A stretch of 61,692 bases of DNA from Bacillota bacterium (GCA_012842565.1 DUSO01000165.1:1-61692), one strand, 5' to 3'. Positions 37,220 to 46,619 are shown, numbered from the stretch's first letter. The notes: generated by a model from the sequence alone, not told the origin. A program made the numbers and translations.

Positions 37220-38833
37220 ATGACCAGGAAGTCGTTTGTCCGTGGTGCAGCGATCCTTGCCGTGGCGGGACTCGCAAACCGGGTTGTGGGTGCTATCTCC
37301 AGGATCATTCTCCCGGCGATGATCGGCGACGAAGGCATGGGCCTCTTTCAGATGGCTTATCCTATTTACTCGATGTTTCTTGTGGTATCTACCGCAGGAG
37401 TGCCGGTAGCCGTATCAAAGCTTGTTTCTGAGCAGGCAACGAAGGGCAATATGGCCAACGCTAGGCGAATATTGCGGGTCGCGGCTACAATTCTCTTCAT
37501 GACCGGCGCGTTAGGGACGCTGGTCTTGATCGCAAGCGCGAGGCGGCTTTCCCTCACGGTCCTAAAGGATCCCAGAGCAAGTATCTCTATAATTGCTACT
37601 GCCCCGGCTGTGCTGTTGCTGTCATTCATGTCTGCCTTTCGCGGGTATTTTCAGGGGCTCCAGGAGATGGAGCTGAGCGCGTGTTCTCAGATCACAGAGC
37701 AGCTTGTAAGGGTCTTCTTCATGATCGGCCTTGCCTATGTCTTGTTGCCCAGGGGCATCGAATACTCTGCCGCGGGAGCGGCCTTTGGAGCTGTGGCCGG
37801 AGGGCTTGCCGGCCTGTTTGTGATCATGGTGCCGTATTACACGCGGTCTGGGAGCCCATCAAGCAACATGAACATGGGAATGGTAACGTCGCCGGATGAT
37901 GACTATATGGCGTCTTTTGGCAGCTTGGCCCGGCGGATTTTCTCGTTGTCGATCCCGATAGTCATCGGTGCCGCGATAATGCCCCTCATGCAGGTGGTCG
38001 ATGCGGCCTTGATCCCGACCAGGCTCAATGCTGCAGGTATAACCGGCACCGATGTGACAAAGCTATATGGACAGCTGACTGGGATGGCACTACCACTGGT
38101 CTATTTCCCCACGGTGGTAACTACGGCCCTTGCAGCAAGCGCTGTCCCGGCCGTGTCGGAGGCACTGACATATAAGGATCGCCGGATGTTGGTATCAAGA
38201 TCCCAGGACGTCATCTGGCTCGGTATGCTAATCGGGCTGCCAGCATCACTCGGGCTGTATCTCCTGGCTGATGAATTCTGCGCCATGTTTTACAAGTTGC
38301 CCCAGGCCGGCGTGGCCTTGAGGGCCGTAGCCTTCGGGACGCTTTTCCTGTGCCTGCAGCAGACCACCTCGGGTGTGCTACAGGGGCTGGGAGAGGTTAC
38401 AGTCCCTGTAAAGAATCTCTTTATAGGCGCCATCCTCAAGGCTGCCATCAACTATATTTTTACCGGCATCCCGTCAATCGGGATAAAGGGAGCTGCCTGG
38501 GGCACAGTAGCCGGGTTTGGGGTATCCTCTATACTAAATCTGGTGGAGCTATCGAGGATGTTGGGGTTGACCCTTGATGTGGGTAGGCATGTGTTGAAAC
38601 CCCTTGTGGCGACGGGCACGATGGGCCTTGGCGTGGTAGCTGGATACAGGCTGGCATATGGATTTTTTGCTAGCAATACCATCGCTACTCTCGCTGCAAC
38701 TTCTGCGGGGGTTTTCGTTTACGGGCTCCTGCTCCTGGTTACAGGAACTATCAGGGTCCGCGAGGTCGAGATGCTGCCCATGGGTACAAGGATCGCCCGG
38801 GTGCTCAGGAGGCTCGGGCTGGTACATGAATGA
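37220..38833 (+). CDS. MOP-superfamily polysaccharide/lipid II flippase-like protein (YabM/SpoVB/MurJ-like)
   Basis: About 14 TM segments. N-terminus ..FVRGAAILAVAGLANRVVGAISRIILPAMIGDEGMGLFQMAYPIY.. is typical of SpoVB/YabM. It occupies the same position as yabM in B. subtilis. Confidence 0.85.
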   Translation: MTRKSFVRGAAILAVAGLANRVVGAISRIILPAMIGDEGMGLFQMAYPIYSMFLVVSTAGVPVAVSKLVSEQATKGNMANARRILRVAATILFMTGALGTLVLIASARRLSLTVLKDPRASISIIATAPAVLLLSFMSAFRGYFQGLQEMELSACSQITEQLVRVFFMIGLAYVLLPRGIEYSAAGAAFGAVAGGLAGLFVIMVPYYTRSGSPSSNMNMGMVTSPDDDYMASFGSLARRIFSLSIPIVIGAAIMPLMQVVDAALIPTRLNAAGITGTDVTKLYGQLTGMALPLVYFPTVVTTALAASAVPAVSEALTYKDRRMLVSRSQDVIWLGMLIGLPASLGLYLLADEFCAMFYKLPQAGVALRAVAFGTLFLCLQQTTSGVLQGLGEVTVPVKNLFIGAILKAAINYIFTGIPSIGIKGAAWGTVAGFGVSSILNLVELSRMLGLTLDVGRHVLKPLVATGTMGLGVVAGYRLAYGFFASNTIATLAATSAGVFVYGLLLLVTGTIRVREVEMLPMGTRIARVLRRLGLVHE

Positions 38834-38914
38834 ATAAATGATATCACAATAGGTCCAGGCCAATCCCAATAGGTCGCGGTGAATTATGTAGCCTCGGGTC
38901 AAGGAAGTGGTGAC

Positions 38915-39727
38915 ATGACAGGCAATCAAGACAGGTATTCCCTCAAAAGGCTTGTGGACATAGTGGCGCGGCTGAGGGGTGAGGGTGGATGTCCATGGGA
39001 CAGAAAACAGACCCACGAGAGCATCAAACCCCACCTTATTGAGGAAGCTTATGAGGTCGTTGAAGCCATTGATACGCACGACATGCATGGCCTGGTCGAA
39101 GAGCTGGGAGATGTCCTCCTTCATGTAGTCTTTCATTCCCAGCTTGCCTCCGAAGAAGGCCGGTTCGACGTGGGTGACGTCATCAAGGCGATAGAGGATA
39201 AAATGATTCGCCGCCATCCGCATGTATTCGGTGATGCCTCCGTCAGCGGGGCTGATGAGGTCTTGAGAAACTGGGAGAGAATAAAGCAAGAGGAATCATC
39301 GGGGGCCGATGGCTCACATGATGAGGCCCCAGATGGGATACTGGGCAGGCTACCCAAATCGCTTCCCGCACTCATGCGTGCCCACAAGGCCCAGTCCATG
39401 GCCTCCCGGGTTGGATTTGACTGGACAAGGGCGCAGGATGCGATGCAAAAGGTCAGCGAGGAGCTCAAGGAATTCCGGGCGGCGATGGATGAGGGCGACA
39501 GCGCGAGTATCGCCGAGGAACTCGGGGACCTTCTCTTTGCTATCGTCAATGTTGCAAGGCACCTTGGCGTAGACCCGGAGGTTTCCCTCATGAATACCGT
39601 GGACAAGTTCGTAAGGCGCTTTACCTACATTGAGGCGAGTGCATCGGGGCGGGGCGTCAGGTTAGAAGATATGTCTCTTGACCAGATGGACGAGCTCTGG
39701 GACGAGGCCAAGAGGATGGAGCGCTAG
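38915..39727 (+). CDS. mazG: Nucleoside triphosphate pyrophosphohydrolase MazG (tandem MazG domains)
   Basis: ..CPWDRKQTHESIKPHLIEEAYEVVEAI.. and a second EELGDLLF repeat. It lacks the methylase domain fused in B. subtilis YabN. Confidence 0.9.
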   Translation: MTGNQDRYSLKRLVDIVARLRGEGGCPWDRKQTHESIKPHLIEEAYEVVEAIDTHDMHGLVEELGDVLLHVVFHSQLASEEGRFDVGDVIKAIEDKMIRRHPHVFGDASVSGADEVLRNWERIKQEESSGADGSHDEAPDGILGRLPKSLPALMRAHKAQSMASRVGFDWTRAQDAMQKVSEELKEFRAAMDEGDSASIAEELGDLLFAIVNVARHLGVDPEVSLMNTVDKFVRRFTYIEASASGRGVRLEDMSLDQMDELWDEAKRMER

Positions 39728-39765
39728 CTGCCGGGGCGTATGCGGCGCCGGTCATGCCTTCTCCT

Positions 39766-39810
39766 GAATACATGTCATGTGCATCGGGATACTAACACTG
39801 ACATGTATTC
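39766..39810. repeat. Perfect 12-bp inverted repeat immediately upstream of the spoIID RBS
   Basis: GAATACATGTCA (39766-39777), 21 nt, TGACATGTATTC (39799-39810), followed by GGGGGGG and the ATG at 39824. Confidence 0.7.
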
Positions 39811-39823
39811 AGGGGGGGTAGTC

Positions 39824-40813
39824 ATGAACCATCGTCTTAAGCGGAACAGGTTTTACTATATCGCCTTTGGCATCGGGGTGGTTGTCATTTCCTACACTCT
39901 CATCTTCGGCGTGGGCGGATGCCCCGGGCCCGAGAGAAGAATGGCAGAGAAGGCCATTCCAAGATTCGACAAGGAGCCGATCATAAGTGTCTACATGCAT
40001 GACACGGGCCAGCGCGTCCAGATGCCGCTGGAGACTTACATCGAGGGCGTTGTTGCCGGGGAGATGCGACCGGGTTGGCCTGTAAACGCCTACGCGGCCC
40101 AGGCGATCATTGCGAGGACCTTCACCATGGAGTTCTTGAGCCGGGGAGGGACGCGCCGCCTCCATGGCACAGATATCTCAACCAAGCCCGAAGAGGCCCA
40201 GGCATATAATGCCTCGGCAGTCACTCCTGATATTAAGAAGGCCGTAGCCATGACCAGAGGTGAGGTCTTAAGCTATAGGGGCAGGTATATACGCGGGTGG
40301 TTTAATGCGCTCTGTGCTGGCGAGACCTCGCTGGCAAAGGACGGGCTGGCCTATAAGGGACCGGAGCCCCCCTATACGGCGCGGGTAAGCTGTCCATGCC
40401 CGCGATACACACCGCCGGAGGAGTTTTATTGGAAGGCTTCTTTTAGCGCCGACGAGGTGCGGGCGGCCCTGGCCAAGGTTGGCCTCAATATCGGCGACAT
40501 AAGGGACGTAAGGATAATCAGGAGAAGCCCTGATGACAGGGTGACCCTGTTTAGGATATCCCATTCGGGCGGATCTACCGATATCGCCGGCAACGACCTA
40601 CGTGTCGCCCTTGGGAGCGAACGCATGCGGTCCACGATCCTGTCATCCATGACCTTCAGGGACGGAGTGCTTTCGATGGAGGGCAAAGGCTTTGGTCACG
40701 GTGTCGGGATGTGCCAGTGGGGGGCCTATGCCTTTGCAAAACAGGGCAAGTCTCCCGAAGAGATAGTTACACATTATTTCAGGGGGGTCAAAGTAGTAAA
40801 GCTCTGGGATTGA
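39824..40813 (+). CDS. spoIID: SpoIID/LytB-domain protein (stage II sporulation protein D-like lytic transglycosylase)
   Basis: N-terminal TM, ..YIEGVVAGEM....AYAAQAIIARTF.. and ..GKGFGHGVGMCQWGA.. are SpoIID hallmarks. Confidence 0.88.
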   Translation: MNHRLKRNRFYYIAFGIGVVVISYTLIFGVGGCPGPERRMAEKAIPRFDKEPIISVYMHDTGQRVQMPLETYIEGVVAGEMRPGWPVNAYAAQAIIARTFTMEFLSRGGTRRLHGTDISTKPEEAQAYNASAVTPDIKKAVAMTRGEVLSYRGRYIRGWFNALCAGETSLAKDGLAYKGPEPPYTARVSCPCPRYTPPEEFYWKASFSADEVRAALAKVGLNIGDIRDVRIIRRSPDDRVTLFRISHSGGSTDIAGNDLRVALGSERMRSTILSSMTFRDGVLSMEGKGFGHGVGMCQWGAYAFAKQGKSPEEIVTHYFRGVKVVKLWD

Positions 40814-40956
40814 CCGGGAGAATGAGATTGACCGGGAAAACGGGCGCCACAATAATCATGGAGCATAGGTAGCAGGCAGGCATAGCGGGTTATTTTTTGA
40901 GGCGGACAGGCATAGATATTGAGCAGGAAACCGGACCGCGTCGGGAGGGGAGCGGT

Positions 40957-41244
40957 ATGGAGGACAAGAAGAAGCCCGTTACCATTCAGCACCGCGTGGA
41001 GATCTCCGAGCGGGAGTCGATAACCGTAAGCGGGGTATCCAATGTGGAGAGCTTTGATGACCAGGAAGTTGTGCTTGAGACCAGCGCAGGCGTCCTTTTG
41101 ATCCGGGGGCGGGAATTGCATGTCAAGCAGCTGAATCTCGACGAGGGCAACCTGGCAATCGAAGGCTTTATCCAGGGACTTGATTACCTGGATGAAGGTG
41201 GGGGCAAGAAAGCCCGCGGGCTCCTCGGGCGCCTGCTAAAATGA
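40957..41244 (+). CDS. yabP: Sporulation protein YabP
   Basis: ..HRVEISERESITVSGVSNVESFDDQEVVLETSAGVLLIRGRELHVKQLNLDEGNLAIEG.. matches the YabP family pattern. Confidence 0.88.
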   Translation: MEDKKKPVTIQHRVEISERESITVSGVSNVESFDDQEVVLETSAGVLLIRGRELHVKQLNLDEGNLAIEGFIQGLDYLDEGGGKKARGLLGRLLK

Positions 41245-42170
41245 GACGATCCAGGCTTCTCGCGAGCCTTTTGAGGCCGGGGCGGCGCGGGTCTTCCCGC
41301 CGGGCGCGTCCGTTTCGCATAAAGCGGCGTGGCAGGAGTCTCGCCTGGTCGCTCCTGGCCTTGCCTCTGGATAGGACCGCCAGGTTGCTTCTAGAGATAA
41401 TCATCAGCCCCCTGGGGATTTGTGGCGAGATAATTCGAGGAAGACGCTCCACCCGGCAAGGATGGATTTTCTATTACATGATGTTCTGCCTGGCTTTACT
41501 TCTCACATGGCTCGGTGCCTCTTCCGCCCTCGGGAGGAATGAGAGGGCCGGCCTTGCCGCGCTGAGCAGGTTCTCTCAAGGTAAGGCGGAGGTAGATTCG
41601 TGTCCATATGCCGCCGAAATCAATCTCTATGCCCTCAAGACAGATCTTGACCCTTCCCTGGTAGCTGCAGTCATCGCGCAGGAGAGCGCCTTTAATCCAA
41701 ACGCGATCTCCCCCAAGGGAGCGAGGGGGCTTATGCAGATAATGCCGGAGGTATTCAAGGCTCTCAATCCCGAATCAAAGTGCCAGGCGGACCACGAGCC
41801 TCCTTCCTGTGGAGAAGACTGCATTTTCGACCCGGTCACCAACATTAAGACCGGGGTAAAGCTATTGCGTTCTCTTATCGAAGATTTCGATGGGGATGTC
41901 ATCACTGCACTTGCGGCATACAATGCGGGCGGTGAGGCTGCGAGGAAGTATCAGGGGGACAAGACGCCCGATGGCCTTCCCCCTTACCCGGAGACACAAC
42001 AGTATGCTCGGAGGATAGCCCTTCTCTGGCCTGCCTTTAGGAGTCAGGGGGCGCATAGGGCTGTCTTCTTGACAAACCTCGTCGTAAAGGTCAATAGCTG
42101 GGCAGCATGGGCAAATCTTGCGGCCTGGGGTCTCTTGTTCCTCTGGATAGTGCGCCGTATCCGTATCTAA
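41241..42170 (+). CDS. Lytic transglycosylase (SLT domain) with a basic N-terminal region and a C-terminal TM
   Basis: ..VAAVIAQESAFNPNAISPKGARGLMQIMP.. and ..AAYNAGGEA.. are the SLT catalytic Glu and signature motifs. The ATG overlaps the yabP TGA (ATGA). The true start is uncertain. Confidence 0.75.
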   Translation: MRRSRLLASLLRPGRRGSSRRARPFRIKRRGRSLAWSLLALPLDRTARLLLEIIISPLGICGEIIRGRRSTRQGWIFYYMMFCLALLLTWLGASSALGRNERAGLAALSRFSQGKAEVDSCPYAAEINLYALKTDLDPSLVAAVIAQESAFNPNAISPKGARGLMQIMPEVFKALNPESKCQADHEPPSCGEDCIFDPVTNIKTGVKLLRSLIEDFDGDVITALAAYNAGGEAARKYQGDKTPDGLPPYPETQQYARRIALLWPAFRSQGAHRAVFLTNLVVKVNSWAAWANLAAWGLLFLWIVRRIRI

Positions 42171-42234
42171 CTTAAGGGTTCCCGCTCCAACCTGGATACC
42201 GGGTTTGACCTGGATGACGGGGTGGGAGAGCATC

Positions 42235-42675
42235 ATGGAGACAATGATATCTCAGGTGGTGGCCTTTGGGGCCACAATGCTCATAGGTGGGGTTCTCGGG
42301 CTTGTATTTGACTTTTACAGGGTCTTGAGGGGCATTGGCTCGCCGACGCCAATAGTAACCACAATAGGGGACATCCTGTTTTGGATCATTGCCACGGCGG
42401 TTTCTTTCTATATCCTGCTTAAAGTGACCTGGGCAGATGTGAGGTTTTATGTCTTCATAGGGTTTCTCGTGGGTTTTAACCTCTACCGGGCATTCTTGAG
42501 CCGACCCGTCATACACATTCTCTTGTCCTCGTACAGCGCGGGCAAGGCTGCAAGCTACTGGATAGACCAGGTCGGGTATAGGCTGTCTGATGTAGTGCGT
42601 AGCCACGTCCGGGAACCCATTGGGATGTTTGTATCTAGGATCACCCAGCACAAGGGAAGGAAGGGGCGCCCGTGA
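42235..42675 (+). CDS. yabQ: Spore cortex biosynthesis protein YabQ
   Basis: Multi-TM protein with ..GLVFDFYRVLRG.. and ..GDILFWIIATAVSFYILLKVTWADVRFYVFIGFLVGFNLY.., the YabQ pattern. Start after GGGAGA. Confidence 0.75.
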   Translation: METMISQVVAFGATMLIGGVLGLVFDFYRVLRGIGSPTPIVTTIGDILFWIIATAVSFYILLKVTWADVRFYVFIGFLVGFNLYRAFLSRPVIHILLSSYSAGKAASYWIDQVGYRLSDVVRSHVREPIGMFVSRITQHKGRKGRP

Positions 42676-42769
42676 CGGGCTACCCCTTCCTCGCACCTGC
42701 TCCTGTGTTTCTTGCTACTGCATCTATCTCACGGAGTGATTGCCTCATTTGTCCCGTGGACGCTTGCCT

Positions 42770-43804
42770 CTATTTTTCCAGGGCAGCCCGGCCGACCAGC
42801 CGGCCCTGGCGCGTTGAGGTCTCGCGAACCTTCAGGACTTCTGGATTCACCAGGTTGGGGGGCACTTCGCCCTTCAGGGCCGCAACGCAGTTTTCGGCGG
42901 CCATTGTGGCCATTGTGGTTCTGGTGGCCACGCTCGCGCTAGCTATATGGGGAGCAATCGTGAGATTATCCAACTTTAGGATCGGGTGGTCCGCAGGGAT
43001 TGGCTCGGGCTCGGTGACGTCGAGACCCGCCCCCGCAATGACCCCGTCTCTGAGCGCCTCATACAGGGCATCAGTGTCTACTATCGGGCCCCGGGCCGAG
43101 TTTATGAGTATCGCAGTCTTTTTCATGAGCTTGAGCTCCTCGCGCCCTATGAGGTGGTAGGTATCCTGCGTTAAGGGCACGTGGATGCTCACGAAGTCAG
43201 ACCGCCTTAAGAGTTCAGGTATCTCGACATATTCGAGGCCCAGCTCCTTCTCTGCCTTTTCATTCCGGCGGACATCGTAGTAGAGGAGTTTCATAGAGAA
43301 CCCCGAGGCCCGCCTGGCCATCTCGTAGCCTATACGGCCGAGGCCGATAAGGCCCAGAGTGGCGTGATGTATATCCTGACCCAGGAAGCCCGTCGGCACC
43401 CAGGTCTTCCATTTCCCTTCTCGAACGTGCTTATCTGCTTCCACGATACGCCTTGCCGCGGCCATAAGCAGCGCAAAGGCAAAGTCAGCCGTGGTGTCGG
43501 TCAGGACACCCGGGGTGTTGGTCACAAGTATCCCGCGCTCTGTCGCATCGGGAATGGATATATTGTCAAATCCAACGGCATAGTTGCTAATTACTTTCAG
43601 CTTCTTGCCTGCATCCATGACGGCCGCATCGATCTTATCGGTCAGCAAGGAGACGAGCCCGTCTACGTCAGCGACCTCTTTTAGGATAACCTCACGCGGG
43701 GGAGGTAACTCCCCCTCCCATACTTTAACCTGAGCCACCTTTCTCAGGATCTCGAGACCCGCCTCGGGGATCATGCGTGTGACATAGACCTTGAACATTG
43801 ACAT
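42770..43804 (-). CDS. Glyoxylate/hydroxypyruvate reductase-type D-2-hydroxyacid dehydrogenase
   Basis: ..LGLIGLGRIGYEMARR.., ..INSARGPIVD.. and ..GAGLDVTEPEP...HP.L.L.N....PHI.S. Confidence 0.88.
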   Translation of the reverse strand: MSMFKVYVTRMIPEAGLEILRKVAQVKVWEGELPPPREVILKEVADVDGLVSLLTDKIDAAVMDAGKKLKVISNYAVGFDNISIPDATERGILVTNTPGVLTDTTADFAFALLMAAARRIVEADKHVREGKWKTWVPTGFLGQDIHHATLGLIGLGRIGYEMARRASGFSMKLLYYDVRRNEKAEKELGLEYVEIPELLRRSDFVSIHVPLTQDTYHLIGREELKLMKKTAILINSARGPIVDTDALYEALRDGVIAGAGLDVTEPEPIPADHPILKLDNLTIAPHIASASVATRTTMATMAAENCVAALKGEVPPNLVNPEVLKVRETSTRQGRLVGRAALEK

Positions 43805-43871
43805 CTACTCTTGCCCTCCAGTCGTGGTGCTACCGGGCAGGTGGAGCGGAGCCGCTATGCAAGCCACTTCA

Positions 43872-44786
43872 CTACAACCTGGCCCATGCTTCATTTAATG
43901 TCCTCTTTGCATTTGCGATGACGAGCTCCGGAGATTCGCCGGCTAGAGGTTTAACCTCAAAGCTTACGATCCTGGGCCCGCTTTCACTCAGATAGCCGAT
44001 CTCAAAGAGTACCTTGAGGAACTCCATCACTTCGGGAACATCGTTTTCCCCGCCGGCAATTCCGAATCTCGGGTGTGCATCCCCGTATGCCGGGTGGGAC
44101 TTGTCCTTGAGGACTGCATTCCCGATGTGGACATGCATGAGATAGTCTTTCACAGGTACCAGCGCCTCCCGCGGTGTCTGGCGCAGCTGCGGCACGTGGC
44201 TTAAGTCGACCATGAGGCCGAAGTTGTCATACTCTTTGCGTACCTCGCTTGCGACCCTGATAGCCACGTCATTGGGCCCCACGAGGGACTTCTTCTCAAT
44301 GTCCCGGTCGAATATCTCCAGGATGACGGGTATATTCCCCTTTGACTTTGAATAGGCGCAGAGCTCTTTGATCGAGTCGATGAGGGCCTGCGTGGCAGCC
44401 TCCTCCTTATCCTTGCCCGGATACTTCCCGGCCAGGAAAGCGAATCCTACTGCGCCAAGCTCATAGGCCTCATCGATACCTTCCTTGAGTGTGGCGATTG
44501 TCTTTTCGCGAATAGCCGTATCGAGGGAGTTTATGTCGAGCCCAGTTGTGAGCGTCCTGGGTTGTCCCCCGTAGGCGACGGTCATATGGGCGACATCGAG
44601 CATCTCTTTTGCGGCCTTCCTCACCGCGGGATCCTTCATCCAGGATACCTCGACCACATTAAAGTAATCATCCTCGGCGATCTTGCTGAGAGTCTCGAGT
44701 ATCGGGCCCTCCCCCCGGATCACCTGAGGGTACGCCATGAAGTGGATGATCCCAACCTTTATGTACTTGTAAATAGAATCCTTCAC
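43872..44786 (-). CDS. Sugar phosphate isomerase/epimerase (xylose-isomerase-like TIM barrel)
   Basis: AP_endonuc_2-like pattern (..ILEIF.., ..LMVDLSHV.., ..HVHIGN..). GTG start at 44786, 10 nt after AAGGAG. The longer track ORF would overlap the gntR end. Confidence 0.8.
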   Translation of the reverse strand: MKDSIYKYIKVGIIHFMAYPQVIRGEGPILETLSKIAEDDYFNVVEVSWMKDPAVRKAAKEMLDVAHMTVAYGGQPRTLTTGLDINSLDTAIREKTIATLKEGIDEAYELGAVGFAFLAGKYPGKDKEEAATQALIDSIKELCAYSKSKGNIPVILEIFDRDIEKKSLVGPNDVAIRVASEVRKEYDNFGLMVDLSHVPQLRQTPREALVPVKDYLMHVHIGNAVLKDKSHPAYGDAHPRFGIAGGENDVPEVMEFLKVLFEIGYLSESGPRIVSFEVKPLAGESPELVIANAKRTLNEAWARL

Positions 44787-44793
44787 TGCCCTA

Positions 44794-45513
44794 TCACTCC
44801 TTTTCTTTTGAGAGTATAAATCCCTCAACTATTTTGAGGTGCATTGTGGCAGCGGCGCGTGCTTGAGCTTCATCCCTCCTTTCGATGGCATCAAATATCT
44901 GGTGATGTGATTCGATGGCGGTCATGCGGCCCTCGGAGAGCCTTGCTACCCTGCGATTAGCTTCCCTCAGGAGTCCCCTCAAGATCAGGTTGGTCTTGGC
45001 GAGCACGGGATTATGAGCGGCCTCATCCACATACTTGTGAAACAACATGTCATAGTCCAGGAATCTTTCAACGTCCTGTGATGCACTCTCTTCCATCCTC
45101 TTCATCGTCTGCCGGATCTCTTCAAGGCTTTCTTCAGTTCTCCTGGATGCGGCAAGGCCTGTCGTTTCCACCTCAAGGATTGCCCTTAGCTCCATGAGGT
45201 CTTTGACGCTCTCCCTGTCGAACATCAGTATATAGGAGAGGGGTTGCAGGATCTTTTCAGCTGTCGCCTTGGAGACAAAGCTGCCTTCGCCCGGCCGGAT
45301 TTCAACCCATCCCATCAGGGCTGCGGCCTTCAGGGCCTCTCGCAGAGATGCCCGGCTCACGCCCAGCATGGCGGCAAGCTCGCGCTCGGGGGGCAATTTG
45401 GCGCCAACAGGAAGCTTGCCATCGAGTATGGCATTTTGAAGTTGTTCCACGATCAAGTCGACCATCTGGGGCTTCTTGATCCTGCTTATCCTGTTAAAGG
45501 GTTCTTCCGCCAC
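44794..45513 (-). CDS. GntR-family transcriptional regulator (FCD subfamily)
   Basis: wHTH ..GAKLPPERELAAMLGVSRASLREALKAAALMGWV.. plus an FCD helical domain. I chose the GTG at 45513 after GGAGGA. The track start is the TTG at 45549. Confidence 0.88.
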   Translation of the reverse strand: MAEEPFNRISRIKKPQMVDLIVEQLQNAILDGKLPVGAKLPPERELAAMLGVSRASLREALKAAALMGWVEIRPGEGSFVSKATAEKILQPLSYILMFDRESVKDLMELRAILEVETTGLAASRRTEESLEEIRQTMKRMEESASQDVERFLDYDMLFHKYVDEAAHNPVLAKTNLILRGLLREANRRVARLSEGRMTAIESHHQIFDAIERRDEAQARAAATMHLKIVEGFILSKEKE

Positions 45514-45580
45514 TCCATCTTCCTCCAAAGGCCACTTGACTTCCCTCAAAGTTTCACCGGCATGACCGGCCTGGCCACCA

Positions 45581-45596
45581 GTCTGGTGAACCAGAC
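45581..45596. promoter_or_regulatory. Candidate GntR operator (perfect 7-2-7 palindrome)
   Basis: GTCTGGT-GA-ACCAGAC, about 70 nt upstream of the second gntR. It fits the FadR-type TGGT..ACCA core. Confidence 0.45.
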
Positions 45597-45783
45597 ATAT
45601 TATATCACATTACTGCGCAGGTAGTTGAGTCCATTCAAAAAAACATGTGAACGAGATTCCGTGCTACTTTATTTTGTATCAATGGAGGGAAATCACGGGC
45701 GATGTAGAAGAGATGTATAAAGAATGTATTAATTCCATGTTTGAACGGCTGCGGGGCCTTGTCGTCGGAGGTTTACAGCAGGC

Positions 45784-46056
45784 TTGCACATCGAGATACG
45801 TGGAGCTCAACGTCTGAGCTTCAGAGAGCGACAAGTTGTCACCATGAAGGAGATGGGGATGTCGACAGAAATCATCTCCAGGCACCTTGGAATCGGGCCG
45901 GGGACTGTGGCAACGCTCTTTAACCGTGCCAGGGCCAAGGGGTATGAGGTGGTAATCGTTTTGCCCGGAGAGTCGCTGGGCATTTGGGGGCCGGACGAGC
46001 CCGGTGCTACAGACGGTGGAGGCCAGGGTGATGCTGTTGATGATACCCCTCTCTGA
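45784..46056 (+). CDS. Small sigma-70 region 4/LuxR-like HTH protein
   Basis: LSFRERQVVTMKEMGMSTEIISRHLGIGPGTVATLFNRARAKG is an HTH of the r4_2/GerE type. TTG start 12 nt after GGAGG. 90 aa. Confidence 0.55.
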   Translation: MHIEIRGAQRLSFRERQVVTMKEMGMSTEIISRHLGIGPGTVATLFNRARAKGYEVVIVLPGESLGIWGPDEPGATDGGGQGDAVDDTPL

Positions 46057-46146
46057 TTGTATCGGCCCATTAGGTCCGTTTTCGGGAGTATTGGAGAGCC
46101 GTCTTAAAGGGATTCCGCAGGGGTCGAAGGCAGGTGGCAGGGCCTT

Positions 46147-46479
46147 ATGCGTAACGCCATAAGAAAAGTACTTATGGCATTGGCTGTCATTGTGCTTTTC
46201 TTTGCGTATACATCCAGTTATGTCAAGCTCGCCAGGGTGCGGCAGGAAATCCATTTGACCAATATGGAGATAAAAAAGTGGCAGCAGGAAAGCCGCAAGC
46301 TGGCACAGGAGATAGAATACCTCAAGAGCGACGCATACATCGAAAAGACTGCCAGGGAATTATTGGGGCTTGTACGTCCCGGGGAGATACCGGTTATAGT
46401 CTGTGAACCATCAAGTCCCGGAACGCCACCGCCGGTAAGAAGACGTCCCAGGGACTCGAGGTTCATAATAGGCGATTGA
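46147..46479 (+). CDS. divIC: Septum formation initiator (FtsB/DivIC family)
   Basis: N-terminal TM, coiled coil and ..DAYIEKTARELLGLVRPGEIPV.. It occupies the syntenic position after yabQ. Confidence 0.85.
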   Translation: MRNAIRKVLMALAVIVLFFAYTSSYVKLARVRQEIHLTNMEIKKWQQESRKLAQEIEYLKSDAYIEKTARELLGLVRPGEIPVIVCEPSSPGTPPPVRRRPRDSRFIIGD

Positions 46480-46619
46480 CACGATAAGAAGTCCACCAGC
46501 CTGTCATTTGCTGCTCGTTGACATTCCTCAGGGCAGGTTGCTATAATATTATTGCCCTACTGGCCGCGTTAGAACGGGCCGGGGCTCAAAACGACTGGCG
46601 GGGGTCGGTCCTAGATACT

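Noticed and set aside
38549-39289. 246-aa minus-strand ORF
   Set aside because: It is antisense to the yabM 3' end and to mazG. It is a shadow ORF.
45679-46254. 191-aa minus-strand ORF
   Set aside because: It is antisense to the small HTH gene and the divIC start. It has no motifs and a poor start context.
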